Below are positions 37,187-46,451 of a stretch of 64,000 bases of DNA, piece after piece. The stretch is from a phage: the sequence record PZ019084.1. One strand, 5' to 3'. The translations under genes were made by a program, and so were the position numbers. A model generated the notes under the pieces. That model was not told the origin of the DNA. It saw nothing but the letters and a program-made list of their open reading frames with translations, and did not search any database. Every line of letters starts with the position of its first letter. Within the stretch, counting starts at the first letter, position 1.

Positions 37187-37548
37187 TACAAGCTCTCAGT
37201 AAAGGTACGAGCGATAACGTCGCGCTGCTGTTCCGGAGTCAGAGAGTTAAAGCGAACTGCATAACCGGATACACGGATGGTCAGCTGCGGATATTTTTCC
37301 GGATGCTTAACTGCATCTTCCAGAGTTTCACGACGCAGAACGTTAACGTTCAGGTGTTGACCACCTTCAATTTTAACTGTAGGCTGTTGTTCAATTTCAA
37401 TTTCACGGGTGTGCAAACCGTAGAAAATTTCTGGGTCTACAAAAGAGTCCTCTTTAAAAGTTTTAGAGACAATAATTCGTGCCTGAATACCATCTTCAAA
37501 ATAAATAGTACCTTTATGTGTGCCTTCAAGAATTTGATATGCTTTCAT
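37186..37548 (-). CDS. autonomous glycyl-radical cofactor (GrcA/YfiD-like)
   Basis: 120 aa; C-terminal half matches E. coli GrcA as remembered, with glycyl-radical motif RVSGYAVRF; coding DNA 37190-37390 is GC-rich unlike its surroundings. Confidence 0.85.
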   Translation of the reverse strand: MKAYQILEGTHKGTIYFEDGIQARIIVSKTFKEDSFVDPEIFYGLHTREIEIEQQPTVKIEGGQHLNVNVLRRETLEDAVKHPEKYPQLTIRVSGYAVRFNSLTPEQQRDVIARTFTESL

Positions 37549-37554
37549 ATAACC

Positions 37555-37935
37555 TCAATTAGAAAATAAATTTATCCAAGACTGTTCTTTAATTAAAAAT
37601 GGCTCAGAATCATATGCCATTAAACTTTGGGTGATTAGTCCTTTAAAAGGCCCATCAATAAATTCCATGGTAAAATATGGAATTTTATTCATTAATCTTG
37701 CATTAGGAGCAGTGCACAAAACTCTGCATCCTTTGAATACGCCTTTTTGTAATTTGTATTGCTTAGGATAAAATTCGCTCAAGACGTTGTTATTTGCCAA
37801 AATTTCAAAATGATTCACCAATTTATTTTTAATAGTTTTTGGCGAAAAATAAAGATATTCGAAAAGTTGCGTATCTGTCATCATTGCATTCCAATTACGA
37901 AAAACTGTGGACGAGTAATACCACCAATGCAACAT
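37555..37935 (-). CDS. hypothetical protein (126 aa)
   Basis: Minus-strand ORF. Confidence 0.5.
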   Translation of the reverse strand: MLHWWYYSSTVFRNWNAMMTDTQLFEYLYFSPKTIKNKLVNHFEILANNNVLSEFYPKQYKLQKGVFKGCRVLCTAPNARLMNKIPYFTMEFIDGPFKGLITQSLMAYDSEPFLIKEQSWINLFSN

Positions 37936-38420
37936 TTACTATTGCAGCAGTGTTGCACAGTTTCAATATGAATATCGTAAATTTTATCCATATCAGGAGA
38001 TTTAACAGGCTCATCGATTATATACAAGATTCGAGAAAGCGATAAACCTCTGAACTTGCTACCTCTATTACCAACAAAACTACGGACAGAATCGGTAAAT
38101 AAGCGAAATCGAATATCATCGCTAGAATAACGAGAAAATTCTTTTTTAATGTGGCCCGCAGAAATTTTAGCGTAAGCTGAAGTATTAGAAAGAACAATAA
38201 CTGTTCCACCGTCATACAGCCAATTAGCAGCAAAATTAGTCACAGCAGTTGATTTACCAGATTGGCGTCCACCATCTAGTCGAAGTGTACAATATTGTTT
38301 AAGCAAGTCTTCAAATGGTGGGATATAATCGTTTTTACAAATTTCTTCTACTCTAGCATCAGAATGGTGTGTAAAAGCATTCATCAGGGATAGATAAGGA
38401 CCAGTTAAAAATGTTCTCAT
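37881..38420 (-). CDS. P-loop NTPase (179 aa from MRTFLT; track ORF starts at 38468)
   Basis: Walker A GGRQSGKST, Walker B YIIDEP. Confidence 0.55.
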   Translation of the reverse strand: MRTFLTGPYLSLMNAFTHHSDARVEEICKNDYIPPFEDLLKQYCTLRLDGGRQSGKSTAVTNFAANWLYDGGTVIVLSNTSAYAKISAGHIKKEFSRYSSDDIRFRLFTDSVRSFVGNRGSKFRGLSLSRILYIIDEPVKSPDMDKIYDIHIETVQHCCNSKCCIGGITRPQFFVIGMQ

Positions 38421-38573
38421 TTTATTCTCTCTAAATTTGGGCCATTCCATGGCGCATGAATTGTCCATTTCTGTATTTACCCATTACCGCACTTGGGCTC
38501 GACCTTATTACAGGTTGGCGGGAATCCCTCATAGAATCATGAGGTCCAGCTTGTTCCCATATTTCTTATTTGC

Positions 38574-39047
38574 TTATTTGAATGATTTGACGTACTGAAT
38601 AGAGCCTTTGCTATTCACGAAAGCGATTTTACCATTTTTATTATACATGGTAGCAGTACGCTGATAACCATAAGTTTGCTTACCAGATTGATAACCAACT
38701 AATGCAAAATTATCTTCACCCATTTTATTCTGTTTAGCGCGGATGCGTTCATGACCGTGTGCCATAAGAACCTTAGCGTCGCCAGTTGCAATGGATCTAC
38801 GAGTTTTTTCATCTTCAACTGTATTAACAAAATCGTCAAATGAATCAAATTTAGCATGGGATTTATTATACAGTTTTCCATCTACTGCATAATTATATCC
38901 TTGTACATCCATCTCAACTTCTGTACCGTCATCCAATACAGCAGTGATTTTTTGACCTTTTTTAAATTTCAAAAGATCAGTAAAAGATTCAGCAATAATT
39001 TGAGAATTAATAGCTGCTTCAGTAATAAATTCTTGGTATGTTTTCAT
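38574..39047 (-). CDS. capsid-targeted internal protein (157 aa)
   Basis: N-terminal capsid targeting sequence MKTYQEFITEA with prohead-protease site ITE/A. Confidence 0.7.
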   Translation of the reverse strand: MKTYQEFITEAAINSQIIAESFTDLLKFKKGQKITAVLDDGTEVEMDVQGYNYAVDGKLYNKSHAKFDSFDDFVNTVEDEKTRRSIATGDAKVLMAHGHERIRAKQNKMGEDNFALVGYQSGKQTYGYQRTATMYNKNGKIAFVNSKGSIQYVKSFK

Positions 39048-39153
39048 GTATATCCTTTAAATGTAAATAATTTTATTCTTTAAGTTTGGGACAATTCACA
39101 CATGAATTGTCCATTTCTGTATTTATCTATTACCGAGTTCGGACTTGGCTTTA

Positions 39154-39732
39154 TTAATTACCACGGGCTGCATTAGCAACGGCGTAAGCATACTGAACAT
39201 TAGCGTCCTTAAACGTACCTTTAGAGGTATCTATTTCTGCCTTAAAGCCGCCTTTAGCCATAACATCAGCAAATTCTTTACGGAAGGCCATTGCATCAAG
39301 ACCTTTCCATGATGATTTATGCTTGGCGAATTCAAGACCAGCGTAGTTGACAGCCTTAGCTAATTTATTATCAATAACCCATTTACCAGCTTTAGGCACA
39401 AACACCGGGCCTTTCTGTTTAGAGAATAGTTTTAAATTCCAGCGACGAAGGTCACCGTCAGCTTTAACAAAAGCTGCATCCAAGTTACTAGCAACAACAT
39501 CTTGAATATGGCCAAATTTAAGCCCATCAACTTCAATATTTAGATCAGTACGCCAGCGAAGTCCTTCCCAAGCGAAAGCTTTAAAGTCGGAAGCTTTTGT
39601 GGCTAGATATCGTTCAAGTGGAGCAGTTTTAGGGTCAAAGCCGTTTCCACCACGATAGTTCCACTCGTCCTTATTAATGCCTTTGGCCTTTTCCGCAGAA
39701 GCTTCAGCGATAAATTCTTTATACGTTTTCAT
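39154..39732 (-). CDS. capsid-targeted internal protein (192 aa, IPIII-like size)
   Basis: N-terminal MKTYKEFIAEA targeting sequence. Confidence 0.7.
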   Translation of the reverse strand: MKTYKEFIAEASAEKAKGINKDEWNYRGGNGFDPKTAPLERYLATKASDFKAFAWEGLRWRTDLNIEVDGLKFGHIQDVVASNLDAAFVKADGDLRRWNLKLFSKQKGPVFVPKAGKWVIDNKLAKAVNYAGLEFAKHKSSWKGLDAMAFRKEFADVMAKGGFKAEIDTSKGTFKDANVQYAYAVANAARGN

Positions 39733-39764
39733 GTGTTTCCTTTAAATATTTTAATTAGTAACTA

Positions 39765-39802
39765 TGAATATACTATCACAGTTCTAGGAGAAAGTAAACA
39801 AC
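39765..39802 (-). promoter_or_regulatory. T4-type early promoter
   Basis: GTTTAC (39800-39795). Confidence 0.5.
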
Positions 39803-39803
39803 T

Positions 39804-40334
<531 letters not shown>

Positions 40335-40790
40335 TTAAAAGAGGCTGTTCATTATTCGGTAAAGTGAAGGACCCATCACATATTGCCATTGAGCACGAGG
40401 AATAAGAGCAAAAGCATCCATCTCTGGAATCATAACGCCATCTTTATTTTCAAAATAAGACTCGCAATAGCAATTTCTAAACATCTCATGCTCTACTGGA
40501 ATCGTATAATAAAATAACTGTAAGTCTTTATTACTAGAATATTTAAATACACCTAGGTCTTCTAGAAGGTCTGGATTATAATTGCTAAAACCGGTCTCTT
40601 CTAAGCATTCTCTTCGTGCTGCATCTAGTGCGCTCAAATCAGAATTTTCTACACGGCCTTTTGGAATATCCCAGCGATGTGCCATCATTCCAGGCTTACG
40701 AGAACCAGTAACTCGTCCCATAAATAAATCTTTATCTTCTGTCATAAAGATAATACCAGCTGATAGTGTTTTCATTTTAATTTCCTGCAT
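40335..40790 (-). CDS. nudE: Nudix hydrolase
   Basis: Nudix box GRVENSDLSALDAARRECLEETGF. Confidence 0.88.
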   Translation of the reverse strand: MQEIKMKTLSAGIIFMTEDKDLFMGRVTGSRKPGMMAHRWDIPKGRVENSDLSALDAARRECLEETGFSNYNPDLLEDLGVFKYSSNKDLQLFYYTIPVEHEMFRNCYCESYFENKDGVMIPEMDAFALIPRAQWQYVMGPSLYRIMNSLF

Positions 40791-41260
40791 TCAGTGATAA
40801 AGTTATTTAAATTTTGAGCATATTTCTTTTCATCAAAAATCTTTTGCTGCCTACGTAAACGCCATGGCATTTCAATGAACACGCACCATATTCCTGATAG
40901 TACTGCTGCTGTAAAAATATTAACAAGTATGATTAAAAGAATCCAATCTCCCGTTCTGCCTACTGGACTTTCTCCAAAGAAGCAAAATACAAATGATGTC
41001 ACAGGAAAACTAATAATATACCACAGAATCATAATCTTATCTGTGAACCAATCAGCGTTCGTTAATTTAGCGCGACCATTATGAATACACACGAATTTAT
41101 CATCTGTTGCAGTAGATGGCTTAACTGGTTGATATCCCATTCTAAACTCCCTAATCAGCAAATTTTTCATATCTTCGGAACAGCCATTCCAGTCAACTCT
41201 ATCAACTGAAATGCCATCGTCCCCATCATCTAAATCATACCAGCGAGTTTTTAAAATCAT
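40772..41260 (-). CDS. membrane protein (162 aa), tandem paralogue family
   Basis: Two TM helices; C-terminal motif ECRKLK. Confidence 0.55.
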   Translation of the reverse strand: MILKTRWYDLDDGDDGISVDRVDWNGCSEDMKNLLIREFRMGYQPVKPSTATDDKFVCIHNGRAKLTNADWFTDKIMILWYIISFPVTSFVFCFFGESPVGRTGDWILLIILVNIFTAAVLSGIWCVFIEMPWRLRRQQKIFDEKKYAQNLNNFITECRKLK

Positions 41261-41631
41261 TTAATTTTCCTACAATCACTCACAAACTCTTCCATTGATT
41301 CTTTTTCAATATAAGACATGTAGTTATTATATTCCTTTAATTGTATTTTGTAATCCTTTTTTCTTTGCCAATTTATTTTAAAATTATCATAATGAAAATA
41401 TAACATGGTACCAAAGAATGAAAATAATGAAATTGCTATAGTATAACGAAGTTCACTCCAAACTTCTATTATATCTACTATACCGCTGACATTACTGCGG
41501 ATGTTTAAAATAATACAATCAATCATTAATCCAATAAGACTACCAGCAAGAGCTGCAGCCAACGCCACAGCAAAAATTAAAAATGACTCAGAAAAAGAAT
41601 ATTTAACTTTATTTAGTTTTGGCTTTTGCAT
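41257..41631 (-). CDS. membrane protein (124 aa), tandem paralogue family
   Basis: Two TM helices; C-terminal DCRKIK. Confidence 0.55.
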   Translation of the reverse strand: MQKPKLNKVKYSFSESFLIFAVALAAALAGSLIGLMIDCIILNIRSNVSGIVDIIEVWSELRYTIAISLFSFFGTMLYFHYDNFKINWQRKKDYKIQLKEYNNYMSYIEKESMEEFVSDCRKIK

Positions 41632-42026
41632 CGTGATTCCTTAACAAATTTCATAATTTCATTAAATTCATGCATATCTAATTTAAGCTGGTGTTCCTTT
41701 TTAATCTTTTTACACTGAGCTTTCCATTCGCGTACACGTTTACGATAATGTCTTCCTTGATACCAATATCCTACCCAATTTACAGGTACCAATAAAAATG
41801 GAACTACTAATGGAAGAATTAATACTAACAAAAATATTACGCCAGATTCAATATCAGTCATAAAGTCTATAACCATTCCAATAATCAATAGAATTACAAA
41901 TGATATAGCTGTCACAGGACCTATTAATACATCAGTAGGAATTAGCTGGCGCTTTAATTCATACTTCACAGGTTTACTTGGAAGGTATAGTGATGGCTTT
42001 AACATATTCTCTACATTCCTTAACAA
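41613..42026 (-). CDS. membrane protein (137 aa), tandem paralogue family
   Basis: Two TM helices; C-terminal ESRCK. Confidence 0.55.
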   Translation of the reverse strand: MLRNVENMLKPSLYLPSKPVKYELKRQLIPTDVLIGPVTAISFVILLIIGMVIDFMTDIESGVIFLLVLILPLVVPFLLVPVNWVGYWYQGRHYRKRVREWKAQCKKIKKEHQLKLDMHEFNEIMKFVKESRCKSQN

Positions 42027-42582
42027 ATTTTTCTAATAATAAATCGCTTTCAAAACTAGGATTTTCCACGAATTTATCAAAAAGATCATCAACAATATTC
42101 AAGATATTCCTTTTACTAAGAATACGTTTATTTTCATGTTTCGTTTCAGAATCAACTATAAGAGTAAAGAAATATTTCTTTCCCTGAAATTTTACTGTAG
42201 TATCAATATAGAATAAATTTGACTTTTGTAAGTTACGTTTAAACCATGCGTCACTTAAACTATAAACACCGAGATAATCAAAATCGTCGTTTAAATAACA
42301 TACTGTCCATTCAGGAGAAATGAAATCAGTAAATTCAACATCAAAATCACACGTCAATGAATGAATTGATTCAATACTGTTAATAAGTATTCCAGGGCGT
42401 ATTAAAGACTTTTTACCTCTAGAAAATCTTCCAGAAAGACTTTCATCAGTTTCATATGAAGACCCCCAATAGTAATTACGTCCTTCTGCCATACGTTTAA
42501 GAGCATTTAGTAATTGGTCTGGAACATCAACCTGTCTTTGGAACTCTTCAAACATTGAATTGAAATCACTTTGCATTTTCAT
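41974..42582 (-). CDS. hypothetical protein (202 aa)
   Basis: Minus-strand ORF. Confidence 0.55.
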   Translation of the reverse strand: MKMQSDFNSMFEEFQRQVDVPDQLLNALKRMAEGRNYYWGSSYETDESLSGRFSRGKKSLIRPGILINSIESIHSLTCDFDVEFTDFISPEWTVCYLNDDFDYLGVYSLSDAWFKRNLQKSNLFYIDTTVKFQGKKYFFTLIVDSETKHENKRILSKRNILNIVDDLFDKFVENPSFESDLLLEKFVKECREYVKAITIPSK

Positions 42583-42603
42583 TCCTATTTACTCCAAGTA
42601 ATA

Positions 42604-42617
42604 GGGGCCGAAGCCCC
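42604..42617 (-). terminator. CUUCGG tetraloop hairpin
   Basis: ggggc-cgaa-gcccc. Confidence 0.5.
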
Positions 42618-42623
42618 TTATCA

Positions 42624-43217
42624 TTATTTCAGAGAATTAATATATTCCTGAACATCGGCAGAGGTAGTTTCAACCCCGGAAATATTACCGTTAAAGGTTT
42701 CAACTCGAGCAAGGGTATCTTCAATATCAACCTTAGTCAGCGCTGCGATTTCAACTACATCATCGGCAGTACTAATTCCAAGGGCATTTGCTGCACGAGT
42801 TTCACGGATATATTCCAATTTAACTGCAAGTTCTTGGCGAGCATCATCTAATTCAACTACTTTCTTGGCGATTTCAATTCGCATTTCAGCATAACCGTCA
42901 GCTTTAGTAGTCAACTGCTCAGCTGTTCGACGATATAGTAAACCGAGTTTAGCATGCATTGTTACATCTTGACCTTCAGAAAGAAGTTTACGAATTTCAC
43001 GCTCTTTTGATTCGGCTTGTCGATTCTTTTCGACAATAAGTTCACGAATACGTTTTTCTTCATTAATAGATTTAACAGAAGCAGTTTTTAGATCTTTAAT
43101 TTTATCAAGCAGTTTTGCTGCTGCAGCAGTATACTGTTCTTCAACAGATAGATTTTTAGCCATAGCAGAACCAAGTTTAGTGCGAATAAACTCAACAATT
43201 TTCTTCAGTGTGTTCAT
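42624..43217 (-). CDS. coiled-coil protein, PspA/IM30-like architecture (197 aa)
   Basis: Long amphipathic helical repeats; family assignment tentative. Confidence 0.5.
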   Translation of the reverse strand: MNTLKKIVEFIRTKLGSAMAKNLSVEEQYTAAAAKLLDKIKDLKTASVKSINEEKRIRELIVEKNRQAESKEREIRKLLSEGQDVTMHAKLGLLYRRTAEQLTTKADGYAEMRIEIAKKVVELDDARQELAVKLEYIRETRAANALGISTADDVVEIAALTKVDIEDTLARVETFNGNISGVETTSADVQEYINSLK

Positions 43218-43260
43218 AGTATTTCCTTAGGTTAATTGAGATTTAAAATCCGTGGGAGTA

Positions 43261-43437
43261 TTATACTCCAAAGAGTTTATAAACTATTTCGACATCGCCT
43301 TTTGCTGCTTTATAACCTTCAGCCCAGGATACAACCGAATTTTTATCTGAAGATTCAAACTCTGGCATTGGGCTTTCACCAATATTCACGCAGTATGTTT
43401 CTTCATTCTCGTCAAACCAAATAATTAAAGTAGTCAT
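43261..43437 (-). CDS. hypothetical protein (58 aa)
   Basis: Sub-threshold ORF MTTLIIWFDENEETYCVNIGESPMPEFESSDKNSVVSWAEG... Confidence 0.4.
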   Translation of the reverse strand: MTTLIIWFDENEETYCVNIGESPMPEFESSDKNSVVSWAEGYKAAKGDVEIVYKLFGV

Positions 43438-43511
43438 TTATTTCTCCGTTTCTGTATTTGTTTTGATAAGTCTATAATAACACCATCCTTGGTGTTTGTA
43501 CATCATTATTT

Positions 43512-43844
43512 TTAATTTTTCCAACTTAACAACTTGTAGTGTCCTTCATTCATACGTGGTTTATCCCAAGAAATACTAATATATGATTCACTGTCAATAG
43601 AAGTCGCCGGGTTTTTCTCTACCGTAAGACCTTCACTTTCCAGCCATTCAATAGTATTTGCGCATAAATCGGAAGAACACCTCATCGGAAACCGGCAAGA
43701 TTTTTCACCTTTAGATGCAGCGTTATACATCTTTTCTAAAATACGCTTTTGCACGTTTTTAAAAATAGTTTCAGCGGATTCTTCAGATTTTTTATTCAGT
43801 TCAATATAAAGACTCATAACATTCTTCTCATTAATAGGGCTCAT
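43512..43844 (-). CDS. hypothetical protein (110 aa)
   Basis: Minus-strand ORF. Confidence 0.5.
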   Translation of the reverse strand: MSPINEKNVMSLYIELNKKSEESAETIFKNVQKRILEKMYNAASKGEKSCRFPMRCSSDLCANTIEWLESEGLTVEKNPATSIDSESYISISWDKPRMNEGHYKLLSWKN

Positions 43845-43872
43845 AATATCTCAATCATGAGCCTGTGTAAAC

Positions 43873-44148
43873 TTATTTCATATTATTGAAATATTCTTCT
43901 GCGATTTCGTCGTTATCATGGTAAACTTTAGAAGACAGTTTAACATAACCTTCAGCAGTGAACATGTTAATCACAACCTTTACAGTATACCACTGACCGT
44001 CTTCATTACCCATTACTGCGTAAGTTTCAAACATCGGATGGTCAGGACCGATAACTTTAATATCATTCACTGTACGACCGAAATCTTCTGAAACGCATTT
44101 CATAAAGAAGTTGAACAGTTCGCCGTAATTATCCATTTTATTCTCCAA
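43873..44148 (-). CDS. hypothetical protein (91 aa)
   Basis: ORF downstream of an early promoter. Confidence 0.5.
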   Translation of the reverse strand: MENKMDNYGELFNFFMKCVSEDFGRTVNDIKVIGPDHPMFETYAVMGNEDGQWYTVKVVINMFTAEGYVKLSSKVYHDNDEIAEEYFNNMK

Positions 44149-44168
44149 GTTGTTTTCAGTATCAGTAG

Positions 44169-44211
44169 TTGATAGTTGTATAGTACCATGGAAGAACAGA
44201 GATGTAAACCG
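44169..44211 (-). promoter_or_regulatory. T4-type early promoter
   Basis: GTTTAC (44209-44204); conserved core repeat. Confidence 0.6.
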
Positions 44212-44374
44212 TTTTGTGAAAAAATTTTAAAAATTTTTAGGGAATTCTAGGGCAGGGAGGGGCAATTAAAAGATAGGATAATATATTATAAAGGGTAGAA
44301 ACTAAATGATGCCTAGAGAGGTCCAGAAAGGCCTAGATGCCAAAAAGCCCTATCATTTAGATAGGGATTTAAAA

Positions 44375-44938
44375 TTATTTATCTAGTTTAGTTATTATAG
44401 CTTCTGCGGCAGCTTTTAGCTTAGATGCGGTGTTAATACGATTTTTAATTTCAGTATACGCATCGCCAAGAACATCAAGGCTATCAGAATAAACACTTAC
44501 ACTATTGCGTTCGCTATTTGAAATAGAACCTTTAGTTTTACGATCAAAATCGGTGTACACGTCTTGAAGATCACGGGCTGCCTTCTTTGCATCATCCAAT
44601 GCGTCAAGAGCTTTATTCAAAGCATTAACGTATTTTTTAGTGTCAAACATATTCTTAGAAATTTTAACAGGTGCGCGTTCAGGAGTAGCTAATGCAGATT
44701 TAGGAACCTGAGCGCCAGATGCCAATTTCTTAGAAATTTTGAAAAACGCTTTATTGAATTTATTTTCTTGACTCATCGTAAAAGAACTATTATCGATGTT
44801 GTACATTTCAATAGCTTTAGCTTTCCACTTAAGAAAATTGCCGCGGTCTTTTGGGTCCAAGTGGAAGAATACTTTAGTAAGATCTGCTTCAGATGGTAAT
44901 TTTGCTGCTTCGGTTAAAAATTCGGCATAGGTTTTCAT
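44375..44938 (-). CDS. capsid-targeted internal-protein-like protein (187 aa)
   Basis: N-terminal MKTYAEFLTEA targeting sequence. Confidence 0.65.
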   Translation of the reverse strand: MKTYAEFLTEAAKLPSEADLTKVFFHLDPKDRGNFLKWKAKAIEMYNIDNSSFTMSQENKFNKAFFKISKKLASGAQVPKSALATPERAPVKISKNMFDTKKYVNALNKALDALDDAKKAARDLQDVYTDFDRKTKGSISNSERNSVSVYSDSLDVLGDAYTEIKNRINTASKLKAAAEAIITKLDK

Positions 44939-45033
44939 TTAAAATCCTTGAAATAATTTATCAGTTGGTTATTAATTATTTATTACTTTGTTATTATCCG
45001 TAACAGCATTCTCTATGTGATTCAAACTAAAAA

Positions 45034-45055
45034 GCCCCAACCTTTCGGTCGGGGC
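45034..45055 (-). terminator. intrinsic terminator (GNRA-loop hairpin plus U-tract)
   Basis: gccccaacc-tttc-ggtcggggc preceded on the plus strand by aaaaa (U-tract on the minus-strand RNA). Confidence 0.6.
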
Positions 45056-45063
45056 TAAGAATG

Positions 45064-45537
45064 TTATTTGATTTGTTTAGCAGACCAAATGCGGTCTTTA
45101 ATAATTTTTTGGATGTCTTCAACATACTCAAGAGAGTGAACATGTGGATTATCTTTGAAACTATAAGCACGGGCTAACTTTTGGCCTTCGGTTTTGATTA
45201 CTAAAAGCTCTTTAAGGATAGCTTCATATTTAGCGATAATTCCTTTAACGATATTTTTTTCTTGTGCAGCTTTAGGATCTGCTTTAGGAGCAGGTTTACC
45301 CGAAGCCTTTGCAAAAGCAGCACCAGTAGCAACTAAACTTTTCCAGGCCATACTAACCGCATTTCCCGTAAATCCTTCTGCTTTCATGTCGCGAGCAAAT
45401 TGGAATCGTGATTCGTCAGAAGCATCTTTATAGGAATATTTACCCGCTGCAATGGCTGCTTTTGCGACAGCTTGAATTTCGGTGCTAGATGCTTCATTTA
45501 ACACCGCTTCATTTAAAAATTGAGCATATGATTTCAT
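45064..45537 (-). CDS. capsid-targeted internal-protein-like protein (157 aa)
   Basis: N-terminal MKSYAQFLNEA targeting sequence; flanked by direct-repeat terminators. Confidence 0.65.
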   Translation of the reverse strand: MKSYAQFLNEAVLNEASSTEIQAVAKAAIAAGKYSYKDASDESRFQFARDMKAEGFTGNAVSMAWKSLVATGAAFAKASGKPAPKADPKAAQEKNIVKGIIAKYEAILKELLVIKTEGQKLARAYSFKDNPHVHSLEYVEDIQKIIKDRIWSAKQIK

Positions 45538-45592
45538 CTTATTTCCTGTTTTAATTCGTAGATTTAATATACTACTATATTTATACTAAAAA

Positions 45593-45614
45593 GCCCCGAC
45601 CTTTCGGTCGGGGC
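45593..45614 (-). terminator. intrinsic terminator (GNRA-loop hairpin plus U-tract)
   Basis: gccccgacc-tttc-ggtcggggc; direct repeat of the element at 45034-45055. Confidence 0.6.
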
Positions 45615-45926
45615 TAAGCCTTGCGGCAACCTTGTCGGGGTTCCACCTGCTAAGGCAAGTGTTTGTACGAAACGCCGGGATTCGAACCCGGTTATTAAGC
45701 AGTTGACGCTACTCAATATTTTTAAAAGGCCATATCTCGACCATATCCGAACGTTCCGTCAAAAACGCTACTCGGCTTACGGCAAAGATATTTCCTCGAA
45801 TCGATAATTCTGTGCGCCGTTTCTGCTGTGATGTAAGGGGACATTAACAGATCGTAAAGATTTGTTAATGCCAGTCCTTACCCAGGGAACATCAGTCCGA
45901 CGACTTACCGGTAGCGACCCGGTTTC
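45615..45926 (-). ncRNA. putative small stable RNA(s) co-transcribed with the tRNA cluster (candidate T4 RNA C/D-type species)
   Basis: About 310 nt with no ORF, GC-rich against an AT-rich genome, tRNA-like T-arm CCGGGTTCGAATCCCGG on the minus strand, terminated by the hairpin at 45593-45614. Confidence 0.4.
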
Positions 45927-46277
45927 TTAATATTCTTTTAAAGCATTAATCTGTTCACGACGTTTACGCCATAAATCAATTACTTCATACGCAGATTCAG
46001 CATTTCGAATTGGACGGCATTTATATAAAGACTTATGATTTTGATATTGTGTAGATAACGGAATTTTATCTAAAAGGTCTTTACGTTCAAAGTATTCGTA
46101 ACCATCTAAGCCAAATGAACGATTTTTGAGAAATTGCCAATGACCAAATTCGTTTTGAATATAAATATAATCCGCGTGTTGATAAAGTAAATTAATTTCA
46201 CGAAATGAGATATGTTTTTCATATTCATTGAAGTAAAATGTTAAATCATGAACTACTAAATAAACATTACCTTTCAT
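45927..46277 (-). CDS. hypothetical protein (116 aa)
   Basis: ORF between tRNA-Arg and the structured RNA region. Confidence 0.5.
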   Translation of the reverse strand: MKGNVYLVVHDLTFYFNEYEKHISFREINLLYQHADYIYIQNEFGHWQFLKNRSFGLDGYEYFERKDLLDKIPLSTQYQNHKSLYKCRPIRNAESAYEVIDLWRKRREQINALKEY

Positions 46278-46295
46278 ATTTTCCTCACTTATAAT

Positions 46296-46371
46296 TGGTC
46301 GAGGCAGTAGGGATCGAACCTACGACCTAGGACTTAGAAGGTCCTTGCTCTTCCTTCTGAGCTATGCCCCG
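46296..46371 (-). tRNA. tRNA-Arg: tRNA-Arg (anticodon UCU)
   Basis: Manual cloverleaf: acceptor CGGGGCA/TGCCTCG, anticodon loop CTTCTAA, T-loop TTCGATC, CCA encoded. Confidence 0.88.
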
Positions 46372-46375
46372 TAAT

Positions 46376-46451
46376 TGGGGTGACCGATGGGAGTCGAACC
46401 CATGACTACGAGAATCACAATCTCGAGTTCTACCAACTGAACTACGGCCAC
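46376..46451 (-). tRNA. tRNA-His: tRNA-His (anticodon GUG)
   Basis: Manual cloverleaf: acceptor GTGGCCG/CGGTCAC, anticodon loop TTGTGAT, CCA encoded; no encoded G-1. Confidence 0.8.

Noticed and set aside
37180-37569. 129-aa plus-strand ORF
   Set aside because: Antisense to the GrcA-like gene, which has strong motif support on the minus strand
45660-45700. tRNA-like T-arm (CCGGGTTCGAATCCCGG) as a 12th tRNA
   Set aside because: No matching acceptor stem or anticodon arm upstream; treated as part of a structured stable RNA instead
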